64,000 nt of DNA from Clostridia bacterium. GTDB lineage: Bacteria; Bacillota; Clostridia; RGIG6154. Position 1 is the stretch's first letter, and every line of letters starts with the position of its first letter. The notes under the pieces are model-generated. The model was given only the letters and a program-made list of their open reading frames with translations, made no database searches and was not told where the DNA came from. The position numbers were made by a program, and so were the translations under genes. Where the stretch lies: the NCBI GenBank assembly GCA_045648505.1, contig JAZROD010000002.1, positions 289-64,288 on the forward strand, written 5' to 3'. Shown here in pieces: positions 22,266-31,644 of this stretch.

Positions 22266-25200
22266 ATGAAAAGACTAATTTCTATTATCCTTGTTCTATT
22301 ACTGCTTACTATGATGATTGTGCCTGTATCTGCAAGTGGAATAAAACTTGTAGAAAGTGCAGAGATTGCAACTGAGGGGATTGTTGTTAAAGGAAACACC
22401 GGCAGACCGCTTGATAGTGTAACTATGGTACTTCTTAGGTCAGGAGTTACTGTTGATGCTCTGGCAGATATAGAAAACGAAACGGAATTTTGTGAAAAAA
22501 TTGCGTATGCAACAGTAGTAACAACAGACTATATGGGCAGTTACGAAAAAAAGTTTAAGACAAGCGAGGCAACAGAAGGCGGATTACTCTATGTTACAAA
22601 CGAAGCTTCGACTGAAGTTGTTCCTATAACAAGAGCAGGAGACAGTGCTTTTTATACAGGTACTGAATATATTTTCAACTTTGTAGATTACAGAGATGGA
22701 GGAATACTCTTTAAAGGCAGAACAGACATAAAAGAAAAGTCCTTTAAAATCGTTATTCTTAAACCGGGCTACATTTTTGAGGATTATAGGCAAGGTGATG
22801 AGTCTTCATTGTATGTAAAGGCAGAGGTAACATCTGATGAATACGCCGGATATGAAACACACATAGAGGCAGAATTTGAAGACGGGAAAAAATACAACGC
22901 ATATTTAGTTACTGATGACATAAACAGCGATGCCTACGGTAAAAAAATAACAACATTACAAAAACCTGCTGAAATCTATGTGAGCAGGACAAGAACAGGG
23001 AAAAATATTTTCTCGTCAATTACAGCTGCAAGAGATTACTTAAGAACAAATCTTAAAGATGTAGCTGTTGATGTAATAATTGATGGAGGAGAATACAATG
23101 TTTCCTCCGCTATAAGCTTTACAAAAGAGGATGTAAGAACAACCTATACAAGGGTTAAATACACCTCAAAGTATGGCGAAGAAGTTGTAATAAGCGGTGG
23201 CGGTAATAAGATAGACAACAAGCACATATCTGAAGTAACAGATCATAGCGTCCTTGACAGAGTATATGATGAAGTCAAAGACAGACTTGTGGAAATCGAC
23301 CTTGCAGCCGCAGGAATATCAGAAAATATAATTAACTTTACAGATAAATATGATGGTATTGAAAGATACAAGGTTGTGGCTGTGCCGTATGTATATTTAA
23401 ACGGAAATCTTCAGTCATTGGCACAATGGCCGAACAACGGTTTTGCAAATTACGATGCTGTAATTGATGCAGGTGCAAGCTCTGTAAGTATTGAGGAGAA
23501 TGGGGACTCTTACTTAAATGGTGGCTCTATACAATTTAATAATACTGATAAGCTTGAAAGATGGAAAACTGCAACCGACTTGTTCCTTAAAGGCTATTTC
23601 TGTTATGCGTGGACAGGAGAATGGGCAAAAGTAGAATCTGTTGATACTTTGACAAATGCAATTAACTTTAAATATGCTACTGCTAATGGTATCAAAAATG
23701 TTGAAAACAACAACAGATTTGCGGTTATGAATCTTCTTGAGGAAATTGATGTTCCGGGAGAGTGGTTCATAGATAAGAGTAAGGGCAAAATGTATTATCT
23801 GCCTCCATACGAGCTGACGGAAGATGATGCGCTTGAAATCGGCGGAGTTGAAGAGGATATTATAAATATATCCGGTGCAAAAAACATCATATTTGAAAAT
23901 CTTACCATAGAACAAAATTGTGATTTAAAAGCCTTAGATGGTAAAGCACAGGGTACAGAATACAATAACGGTATTGAGATAAAATCGGCAGAGGCAATTA
24001 ACATACAGGGATGTACTTTAAGAAACATTGCAGTAAATGGTATTGCAGTAATTTCAAAAAGTGCCAATGTGTGGGTAGACAGTTGCCGAATTTACAACAC
24101 AGGATTTAATGGCATCCTTTTGGTTGGTCAGAATGCAGAGACACTTGAAAGTACAAATTATATAGTTTCAAACTGTCATATAACGGATGTTTCGTTAAAC
24201 GGTATGAAGACCAACGGTAATGCAGTACAATTAACGACCACCGGTGCGATGGTTGAGAATAATGTAATTCATAATATGAAAACCAACGCGATCAGCTATG
24301 TAGGCAGTGAAAATGTAATAAGAAACAATGAGATTTATAACAGTTCTACAGAAAGAGGCGACAGCGGTGCCATTTATACCGGAAGAAGATGGGATAGCGT
24401 AGGAAATGTCATTGAAAAGAACTACATACATAAGATTGGTCTTGATGAATCTGTAGGCAAGGAAATATGGTATATTTACTTTGATGATAGCTGTGCAGGC
24501 AATACAGCAAAATCAAATATACTAGTGGGAAGAAATAAACCACATATAAATGGTGTTCAGCTGGCACAGGGACCGAATAATGTTGTTAACTCAAACATAT
24601 TTGTTAATTTCGGCGAAGCACATAATGTTGATACTTCATACAGAGCCGGATTTCACGGAACGGTGCTGACAAGTTTGTTGGGCATACCTTATGACAATGA
24701 AGTATATAGTGCAAGATATCCATATCTTAAAGAACTTGCAAAGCTCTACAAGTTTGAAAACAGCACAGGATTGGAACAAAAACTTGAAGATAAAGATCCA
24801 AGCTTGTTTGATTATGCGGCATATGAAGAAAATATGACGGTTAACAATAACTTAACTAATCAGGGTGAAATCGTATTTGATGAAGGTTGTTGGAATAATG
24901 CCACAGCAGGCAGATGGTGGATTACCAACACAGGAAGAGGAAACCTTGATACAATGGACATTTCACAGTCAGGAAACGTGGTAAATACAGGAGATGTATT
25001 CGTTAATTCAGCTATCGGCGACTACAGAGTAGACACAAATAAGTTAACAACAGTTCCTGAAGGTGTGCTTACTGAGGATTTTGATTTAAATAAGATTGGT
25101 ATATTGAAAAAAGTACCAGATGCAAAGAAATTCAAGCTTCTCTATCCCTTAAACGGAGAGGTGAATGCAGAAACCTCAATTGTGTTAAGCTGGGAAAAAT

Positions 25201-25736
25201 CTTATGATGCAGACTGCTACGAATATGTTGTTGCAAAGGAAGAAAATTTCTCAACAATTTTCAAATCAGGCACTACAACAACAAATTTTGCAGAAATAAG
25301 CGGTCTTGATGCAGATACTACATATTATTGGAAGGTTGAAGCAAAGACATCAGCAAGAATTAAAGAATCTTGGGGTTGTGAACAGATATTTGCTTTTTCA
25401 ACCTATACAAACAAAGTAAATATTGATATTACATATGGAAATATATCTGCAAAGGATGAGCAGGGTGAGATAGTTGAAACCCCTAAAGCCGGCGAAAAAA
25501 TTTCTGTTACGGATGTAATAACATCTGATATACCGGTATCGAAGAAACTTGTATATGTTTTTGCAGTATATAATGGTAAAGGAAGTCTTATTTATACAAA
25601 AATAAAGAATATTACCGTAGTATCTAACAAAGATCCTGTTCTGGTTATGGAATTTATAATGCCTGAGCTTGAAAATACAAACCATTATAAAATATTCAGA
25701 TGGGAAAGCTTTAAAACATTAAGACCAATATATTAA
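22266..25736 (+). CDS. Second secreted GH141-like beta-helix protein with FN3 and shared C-terminal domain
   Basis: AQWPN, NLLEEIDVPGEWF, DSGAIY, IYFDD. Paralogous to the upstream gene. Confidence 0.75.
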   Translation: MKRLISIILVLLLLTMMIVPVSASGIKLVESAEIATEGIVVKGNTGRPLDSVTMVLLRSGVTVDALADIENETEFCEKIAYATVVTTDYMGSYEKKFKTSEATEGGLLYVTNEASTEVVPITRAGDSAFYTGTEYIFNFVDYRDGGILFKGRTDIKEKSFKIVILKPGYIFEDYRQGDESSLYVKAEVTSDEYAGYETHIEAEFEDGKKYNAYLVTDDINSDAYGKKITTLQKPAEIYVSRTRTGKNIFSSITAARDYLRTNLKDVAVDVIIDGGEYNVSSAISFTKEDVRTTYTRVKYTSKYGEEVVISGGGNKIDNKHISEVTDHSVLDRVYDEVKDRLVEIDLAAAGISENIINFTDKYDGIERYKVVAVPYVYLNGNLQSLAQWPNNGFANYDAVIDAGASSVSIEENGDSYLNGGSIQFNNTDKLERWKTATDLFLKGYFCYAWTGEWAKVESVDTLTNAINFKYATANGIKNVENNNRFAVMNLLEEIDVPGEWFIDKSKGKMYYLPPYELTEDDALEIGGVEEDIINISGAKNIIFENLTIEQNCDLKALDGKAQGTEYNNGIEIKSAEAINIQGCTLRNIAVNGIAVISKSANVWVDSCRIYNTGFNGILLVGQNAETLESTNYIVSNCHITDVSLNGMKTNGNAVQLTTTGAMVENNVIHNMKTNAISYVGSENVIRNNEIYNSSTERGDSGAIYTGRRWDSVGNVIEKNYIHKIGLDESVGKEIWYIYFDDSCAGNTAKSNILVGRNKPHINGVQLAQGPNNVVNSNIFVNFGEAHNVDTSYRAGFHGTVLTSLLGIPYDNEVYSARYPYLKELAKLYKFENSTGLEQKLEDKDPSLFDYAAYEENMTVNNNLTNQGEIVFDEGCWNNATAGRWWITNTGRGNLDTMDISQSGNVVNTGDVFVNSAIGDYRVDTNKLTTVPEGVLTEDFDLNKIGILKKVPDAKKFKLLYPLNGEVNAETSIVLSWEKSYDADCYEYVVAKEENFSTIFKSGTTTTNFAEISGLDADTTYYWKVEAKTSARIKESWGCEQIFAFSTYTNKVNIDITYGNISAKDEQGEIVETPKAGEKISVTDVITSDIPVSKKLVYVFAVYNGKGSLIYTKIKNITVVSNKDPVLVMEFIMPELENTNHYKIFRWESFKTLRPIY

Positions 25737-25749
25737 AGGAAGTGAAAAT

Positions 25750-26025
25750 ATGAAGAAAAAAGAACTTGCAGCAGCTATAAGCAAGAAAACAACTTTTAAA
25801 GAAAGTGACATACTTGAAATTCTTGAAACTGCCTTTGATGAAATAACAGAAAGTCTTAAAAACGGGGAAGAAGTAAAGCTTTTCGGATTTGGTAAGTTTA
25901 TAGCAAGAACTTATGGCAAAAGAAACTGCTACAACCCTGTAACAGGAAAAATGATGACACTTAATGAAAGTGTTCAGCCTGCATTTATTCCTGGACCGAA
26001 GTTAAGAGAAAAAATAAATAAATAA
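25750..26025 (+). CDS. hup: HU-family DNA-binding protein
   Basis: MKKKELAAAIS...GEEVKLFGFGKF...NPVTGK...PAFIPGPKLREKIN. Confidence 0.9.
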   Translation: MKKKELAAAISKKTTFKESDILEILETAFDEITESLKNGEEVKLFGFGKFIARTYGKRNCYNPVTGKMMTLNESVQPAFIPGPKLREKINK

Positions 26026-26038
26026 AGGAGAAGTAGTT

Positions 26039-27553
26039 ATGAAAAAAGTTTTAGCAATTCTGCTTGCAGCTTTAATGATGATGTCATTTGCTGCATGCGG
26101 CACAACAAATGCAAATATCACAAAAACAGACCTTTCTCAGCCTGTAACCTTAAAGTGGGTTATGCCGGGACCGGGAAATCAGGTTGATGCTGAAAAAGTA
26201 TTTGCAAAATTCAACGAAGAACTTCATAAAGTGAAGGGATTTGAAAATGTAACAGTAGAAATTGAAATTATTCCTGTTGCAGACTATGGTCAGAAGATTA
26301 TGCTTATGCAGACATCAGGCGAACAGATGGACATTATGCAGACATACTCACTCGACTATGGTTCAGAATTCAGAAACGGCAGAATTATAGACCTTGCTGA
26401 TTATATGCACCTTCTTGAAGATACCGTTAAAGAACTTCCTGAATGGGTAATTGATATGGGTAAAGTTGATGGCCAGCAGGCGATTATCCCTAACTATCAG
26501 AAAATGGTTAGCGCACCATGGGGATTTGCGATTCCTACAGAACACAAAAAGTACATTGATGATTGGGATGGCTTCGTTGCAAAGCTTACAGATGTAAAAT
26601 CATACGATGTATACTATGAAACAATCGAAAATGAATATTTAAGCAAAGTTAAAGCTGATGGAAATATTGATAAAGGCTGGTCAGTAAATACATATATCAG
26701 AAACCTTGAAACTGTTCTTAAACCATTCGTTTTTGACCGTGCTACACAGAAAATTCATCATCAGAATATAGAAACTGATGGTTCAATGCCTAAAATGTAT
26801 ACATGGCACAGAAAATTTTCCGAAGCAGGCTATATCAGAAAAGATATCTTATCTGCAAAACAGAAAGATGTTGAAGGTAAGAAAGACGGTTCAGTTATGT
26901 GGAAAGCACAGTGCTGGCCGGGATACGAAGAAAACTTATCAAAAGTTAATGATATTGATGTTGCAGCATTCAGAGGCACATCAAAAGACTTTATTCCATA
27001 CCAGCCGAGTGCAGGTGGATTTGCAATCCCAGCAAACTCACAGTATCCTGACGTTGCCATGATGATTATTGACCTTATGAATAGTGATAAGGGTATTGAC
27101 CTTTACAACCTTCTTGTTTATGGAATTGAAGGTGAACACTACACAGTTGTTAAAGAATTAGATGGTGGCGACAAATACATCACACCAAACGGTTATGTTT
27201 CAGAAGGAACATCTGCCGCAAAATATGGTCTCTGGAAATGGGTTGTTGGAAATGCAGAAAATGCATATGTAACATCAAACGAAAAAGAAACATATAAGAA
27301 AGAAATTTTTGAAATTCAGAACTTAAACGCAGAACGTTCAGTATTAATCGGATTTGTTCCTGATGTAACTTCTGTTGAAACAAAAATCTCACAGATTAAA
27401 TCAATCAAATCAGATTCAGGACTTTTCGAAGGTGTTCACGAAAATGTTGAAGAAGTTTATGCAAATTATGTAAAAGACCTTAAGGCAGCAGGTGTTGACG
27501 AAGTAGCAGCTGAACTCCAGACACAGGTTGATGCATTTTTAGCAAGTAAATAA
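26039..27553 (+). CDS. Carbohydrate ABC transporter solute-binding lipoprotein (DUF3502-type C-terminus)
   Basis: Lipobox FAAC; NLLVYGIEGEHY; C-terminal LKAAGVDEVAAELQTQVDAFLA. Confidence 0.9.
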   Translation: MKKVLAILLAALMMMSFAACGTTNANITKTDLSQPVTLKWVMPGPGNQVDAEKVFAKFNEELHKVKGFENVTVEIEIIPVADYGQKIMLMQTSGEQMDIMQTYSLDYGSEFRNGRIIDLADYMHLLEDTVKELPEWVIDMGKVDGQQAIIPNYQKMVSAPWGFAIPTEHKKYIDDWDGFVAKLTDVKSYDVYYETIENEYLSKVKADGNIDKGWSVNTYIRNLETVLKPFVFDRATQKIHHQNIETDGSMPKMYTWHRKFSEAGYIRKDILSAKQKDVEGKKDGSVMWKAQCWPGYEENLSKVNDIDVAAFRGTSKDFIPYQPSAGGFAIPANSQYPDVAMMIIDLMNSDKGIDLYNLLVYGIEGEHYTVVKELDGGDKYITPNGYVSEGTSAAKYGLWKWVVGNAENAYVTSNEKETYKKEIFEIQNLNAERSVLIGFVPDVTSVETKISQIKSIKSDSGLFEGVHENVEEVYANYVKDLKAAGVDEVAAELQTQVDAFLASK

Positions 27554-27554
27554 T

Positions 27555-27576
27555 GAATTGCCCGAAAGGGCAATTC
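27555..27576 (+). other. Perfect stem-loop after the SBP gene (GAAA tetraloop, no U-tract)
   Basis: GAATTGCCC-GAAA-GGGCAATTC. Confidence 0.75.
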
Positions 27577-27610
27577 GTTGAAAATATAATTTTCAAAAGG
27601 AGAGAATGAT

Positions 27611-30316
27611 ATGAAAAAAATCATAGCATTAATGCTCGCAGTAATAATGAGCCTTTCATTATTCATCGTACCTGCATACGCAGATGCAGTTCTTCCTGCA
27701 CTTGCAGAAGGTAATGCAGTTTACGCAGGTGAGCAGACAGTAACAATTAAGCTCGCAGAAGACTGCTCAGAGCTTACAGAAGAACAGAAAGCAAGCATTA
27801 AAATCTTAAAGGCAGACGGTACTGATATTTTAAAGGAAGTAAATGTTACAGGTAACATTTTAACACTTATTGCATCAGAAACCTTTTATGTTAACGAAAA
27901 AGAAGCACTAAATCCTGTTTCATACACACTCGTGTACGGAAACACAAACAAATACTTCTATGTTTACGACTTCTGGACACCAAACTTCGTTGCTGATGTA
28001 GACAACAAAACTATCGCAGATATTAAGATGACAGGTGGTGGTTGGGTTGTTGACGTGGTTAATAATAATTCAATTATGTTTGGTGCAGATAATTCTTCTG
28101 TATATCTCGATTATGGCGCAATAAAAACAACTGAAAATTTTACTCTTGTTACAGATGTTTATTTTACAAGACGTTCCCAGACCACTAAACCTTATGGTGC
28201 TGCTTTTGCGTTTAATGTTACAAACAACACAGGTTACCCTACATTAGTAAGCGGAAAGAATAGAGCTGCTGCAGGTTGGAAATTCCTTAGCAGCGGTGAT
28301 ACTAAATATCATCACACTCAGTTAGTAAAATTTAATGTTTCAACAAGTACTGGCAGTATTGGTCTTTCAGATGCAAACCCAAATGAGAACATTCTTCCTA
28401 TAGCAAACATTAATTTCGCTTATAAAGGAGATAACTTTGGTACAGATTATGTAAGTGGTGCTACTACTGTGGGAACAGCAGACTTTACTGCTGAAAGCGG
28501 AAAAGGAACATTCACAGAAGATACTAAATACCACTATGCTCTTGATAAGATGGGTGAAGTAGGTACACTTATGCTTGAGGGCGGTCTTGTAAGCGTACTT
28601 GATACTCAGGATGTTTATACTGTAAATGGTAAGGGTAGTGCACCTAAAACAGGATATATGGCTTTTGACTTCCCACTTTCATCAGGAGCAGCAAAAACTA
28701 TTTATTCAAATATCAAACTTCTTTCATCTGTTGTCAGCGATGAAGCATTTAGCATAAAGACTGTTGCTACACCTGAAGATGTTTATGCAGGTGCAAAAAC
28801 AATTACAGTTAAGTATGCAGAACCTATAACAGAAACAAATATTATTGGCGATATTAAGCTTACAAAAGAAGGTGAAGATGTTGCTTTCACTCAGCAGGTG
28901 AAGGGCAATATTCTCACTATTATCCCAACAGGCGGATTTGAAATTAATGAATTAGGCACAGAAGATAGCGATAAAGTTAAATATCACCTTGAAATCGGCA
29001 CAACAGTTAAAGATTTCACAGTTGATGTTATCTATAAACCAGACTTCAAATTAAACGAAGATGGAACTATCGAAGGTCTTGACATTGCAGAAGGCGATGG
29101 TGTTGTAGTAGATTTAATTAAAGGCGAAACAAATTCTTTTGCTATGCACACAAGCTCAGGCTCAGTTGCTCTTAAAACTTCTTTAGCTAATCAGGAAAAT
29201 GTATCTCTTATGGCTGATGTTTACTTTACAGGCTTATTCTATTTCACAGAAGGATCAAATGGAAAATGGAGCGGATGGACAGAAAAGAGAGGTGCCAGTG
29301 CAATCTTTGGTTTTAACGTTTCAACAAACGACGACAGATTGTTTGAAAAATTTGATACAAGGCTTGGATATGTTGCACCGAATAATGATGTAGCAAGAGC
29401 AGGTTGGTATGTGGATCTCAGAAATAATAATGAATATCACAACAGAAAAGTTGCGGTAATTGATCCAAATGGCGCGAAAGATGAAAAACAGGTTGCTTTT
29501 TACGGATATAAGCCTGATTACGAAAAACCTTTGAAAGATACTTTATTTACCTCAAGCAATGTAAAAATGGCAGTTATAAGTTATGGAAATAAAAACAACT
29601 TCGGAACAGAATTTGCAAATGAAACTGTTAAAACAGGAACAATTGATTTAGATGCAGTAGCTCAGGAACTTAACAATGATGAAAATATTACACATGAAAC
29701 ACTTACAGAAGATTATAAGAACTACACCTATGCAAATTTTGACAACAAGTATGAATATGTAATTGATAAGATGGGTGCAGTTGGTACTCTTATGGTTAAT
29801 GATGAATTGATAGACGTTCTTGATACACAGGCATACTATGACAGATATAATCAGCAGAACGATACTGCTTTAACAGCACCTGTAAAAGGTACATTCACAT
29901 TCTCAAAGCATTACAATACAAGCAAATACACAAAAACAATCTACAGAAACATCAGACTTGTAAAAGCTACTGTTGAAGGTGAAGAAGCTGAAAGAGTTGA
30001 AATCGAAAATGTTACATACTTAAACAAAGCTGGCGATGTTCTTGAAACAATTGCAGGCGAAGCTTTTGTTAAGGGTGCTGTAACAGTTAAAAACTACTTC
30101 AAAGAAGAAAAACCTGTAAAAGTTATTGCAATCGCTTATAAAGGCGAAGAAATGCTTGCAGTTGACATTTTAGATGTTCAATCACCTTTAGGTGCAAATA
30201 CAAGTGCATCTGCTGAGTACAGCTTTACAGGTCTTTCAGGCTTAACAGAAATTAAGGTTGTTGCATGGGATAGCTTTACAAATCTCTTCCCATATTGCGC
30301 ACCATTTACAAAATAA
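27611..30316 (+). CDS. Secreted protein with two copies of an uncharacterised module plus the shared C-terminal domain
   Basis: Signal peptide. Internal repeats (YHYALDKMGEVGTLM / YEYVIDKMGAVGTLM) homologous to the N-terminus of the 10825 protein. Confidence 0.85.
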   Translation: MKKIIALMLAVIMSLSLFIVPAYADAVLPALAEGNAVYAGEQTVTIKLAEDCSELTEEQKASIKILKADGTDILKEVNVTGNILTLIASETFYVNEKEALNPVSYTLVYGNTNKYFYVYDFWTPNFVADVDNKTIADIKMTGGGWVVDVVNNNSIMFGADNSSVYLDYGAIKTTENFTLVTDVYFTRRSQTTKPYGAAFAFNVTNNTGYPTLVSGKNRAAAGWKFLSSGDTKYHHTQLVKFNVSTSTGSIGLSDANPNENILPIANINFAYKGDNFGTDYVSGATTVGTADFTAESGKGTFTEDTKYHYALDKMGEVGTLMLEGGLVSVLDTQDVYTVNGKGSAPKTGYMAFDFPLSSGAAKTIYSNIKLLSSVVSDEAFSIKTVATPEDVYAGAKTITVKYAEPITETNIIGDIKLTKEGEDVAFTQQVKGNILTIIPTGGFEINELGTEDSDKVKYHLEIGTTVKDFTVDVIYKPDFKLNEDGTIEGLDIAEGDGVVVDLIKGETNSFAMHTSSGSVALKTSLANQENVSLMADVYFTGLFYFTEGSNGKWSGWTEKRGASAIFGFNVSTNDDRLFEKFDTRLGYVAPNNDVARAGWYVDLRNNNEYHNRKVAVIDPNGAKDEKQVAFYGYKPDYEKPLKDTLFTSSNVKMAVISYGNKNNFGTEFANETVKTGTIDLDAVAQELNNDENITHETLTEDYKNYTYANFDNKYEYVIDKMGAVGTLMVNDELIDVLDTQAYYDRYNQQNDTALTAPVKGTFTFSKHYNTSKYTKTIYRNIRLVKATVEGEEAERVEIENVTYLNKAGDVLETIAGEAFVKGAVTVKNYFKEEKPVKVIAIAYKGEEMLAVDILDVQSPLGANTSASAEYSFTGLSGLTEIKVVAWDSFTNLFPYCAPFTK

Positions 30317-30330
30317 TAAACTAATCAATA

Positions 30331-30370
30331 AAAACTTTCGGTTGCTCCTTTCGGGACAACCGAAAGTTTT
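30331..30370 (+). terminator. Rho-independent terminator
   Basis: AAAACTTTCGGTTG...CAACCGAAAGTTTT inverted repeat after the stop codon. Confidence 0.75.
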
Positions 30371-30429
30371 AAAAAATATCACTTAAATTATTCTTATACA
30401 ACACAATTATCGGAAAAGAGTGAAATGTT

Positions 30430-31626
30430 ATGAAATACGAAAATAAATTCGGTATGTTTGTTCACTGGGGTATATATTCTTTACTTGGAATACATGAACA
30501 GGCACAGGCAAAGGCTGATATTCCTCATAAGGAATACGATAAGCTGGTTGGGCAGTTTAACCCTGTTAAATATAATCCAAAACAGTGGGTTTCCCTTGCC
30601 AAACAAGCAGGTATGAAATATATCTGCTTTACAGCAAAGCATCACGATGGCTTTTGTATGTGGGATACAAAATATACCGATTATAATATAATGAACACAC
30701 CTTATGGAAAGGATGTGCTCAAAATGCTTGCAGATGAATGTGAAAAGCAGGGAATGTTACTTTCTATTTATTATTCCTGTCCTGACTGGCATCATAAAAA
30801 TGGATACAATCCACTTTCATCTCATCAATGGAAAGCAATAGACAAAACTAATACAGAAACACAGCCTTACAGAGATTATGTAAAAAATCAGATTGCTGAG
30901 CTTATGACAAATTACGGAAAAATCTATACTCTGTTCTGGGATATACCACCTAAATATGAGGATAAAAGTATAAACGAGATTGTGCGCAAGCTTCAGCCTG
31001 ACATCATAATAAATAACAGAGGTTGGGACGAGGGCGATTTCGCAACTCCTGAAAGAGAAATTGAAGAGGTTGACTCAACACATTATCCTCATATGATAGA
31101 AATGTGTGAATCTGTGGGCGAACAAGCCTGGGGATACAGAAAAAATGAAGATTATCACTCTGTAAAATATCTTACATCAACCATCAGCACAATTATGTCT
31201 ATGGGCGGAAATTATCTTTTGAATGTAGGTCCTATGGCAAACGGAGAAATCCCAAAACAGGCAAAAAGCGTAATCAAAAAAGTAGGAAACTGGTACAATC
31301 GTATGAACGGCACACTTGAAAATTTTGAGGCTGATGACTTTGACTACAATGTGAAAAGATGTAAGTGCATTGTAAATAAGAAAAATGGTAAATCATACTT
31401 TAATTTTCCTGACGGAATATGTTCAAGTGCGGTAAATATAAAAAAATACCCCAATGAACCTAAATCTGTTGTACTTTTAAACAACGGTAAAAAGCTTGAT
31501 TTTAATATCATACCTTTGTACCATAATAATGATACGGGAATTGCGGAGGATAAATATGTCCATATACATAATATCCCCGTTGAAAAATATTCAAATGAAC
31601 CTTTAGCAATTGAAATTGAATGGTAA
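30430..31626 (+). CDS. GH29 alpha-L-fucosidase (cytoplasmic)
   Basis: KFGMFVHWGIYS, AKHHDGFCMW, FWD nucleophile, IINNR, GGNYLLNVGP. Confidence 0.93.
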   Translation: MKYENKFGMFVHWGIYSLLGIHEQAQAKADIPHKEYDKLVGQFNPVKYNPKQWVSLAKQAGMKYICFTAKHHDGFCMWDTKYTDYNIMNTPYGKDVLKMLADECEKQGMLLSIYYSCPDWHHKNGYNPLSSHQWKAIDKTNTETQPYRDYVKNQIAELMTNYGKIYTLFWDIPPKYEDKSINEIVRKLQPDIIINNRGWDEGDFATPEREIEEVDSTHYPHMIEMCESVGEQAWGYRKNEDYHSVKYLTSTISTIMSMGGNYLLNVGPMANGEIPKQAKSVIKKVGNWYNRMNGTLENFEADDFDYNVKRCKCIVNKKNGKSYFNFPDGICSSAVNIKKYPNEPKSVVLLNNGKKLDFNIIPLYHNNDTGIAEDKYVHIHNIPVEKYSNEPLAIEIEW

Positions 31627-31644
31627 AAATAGGAGAGAAAATAT

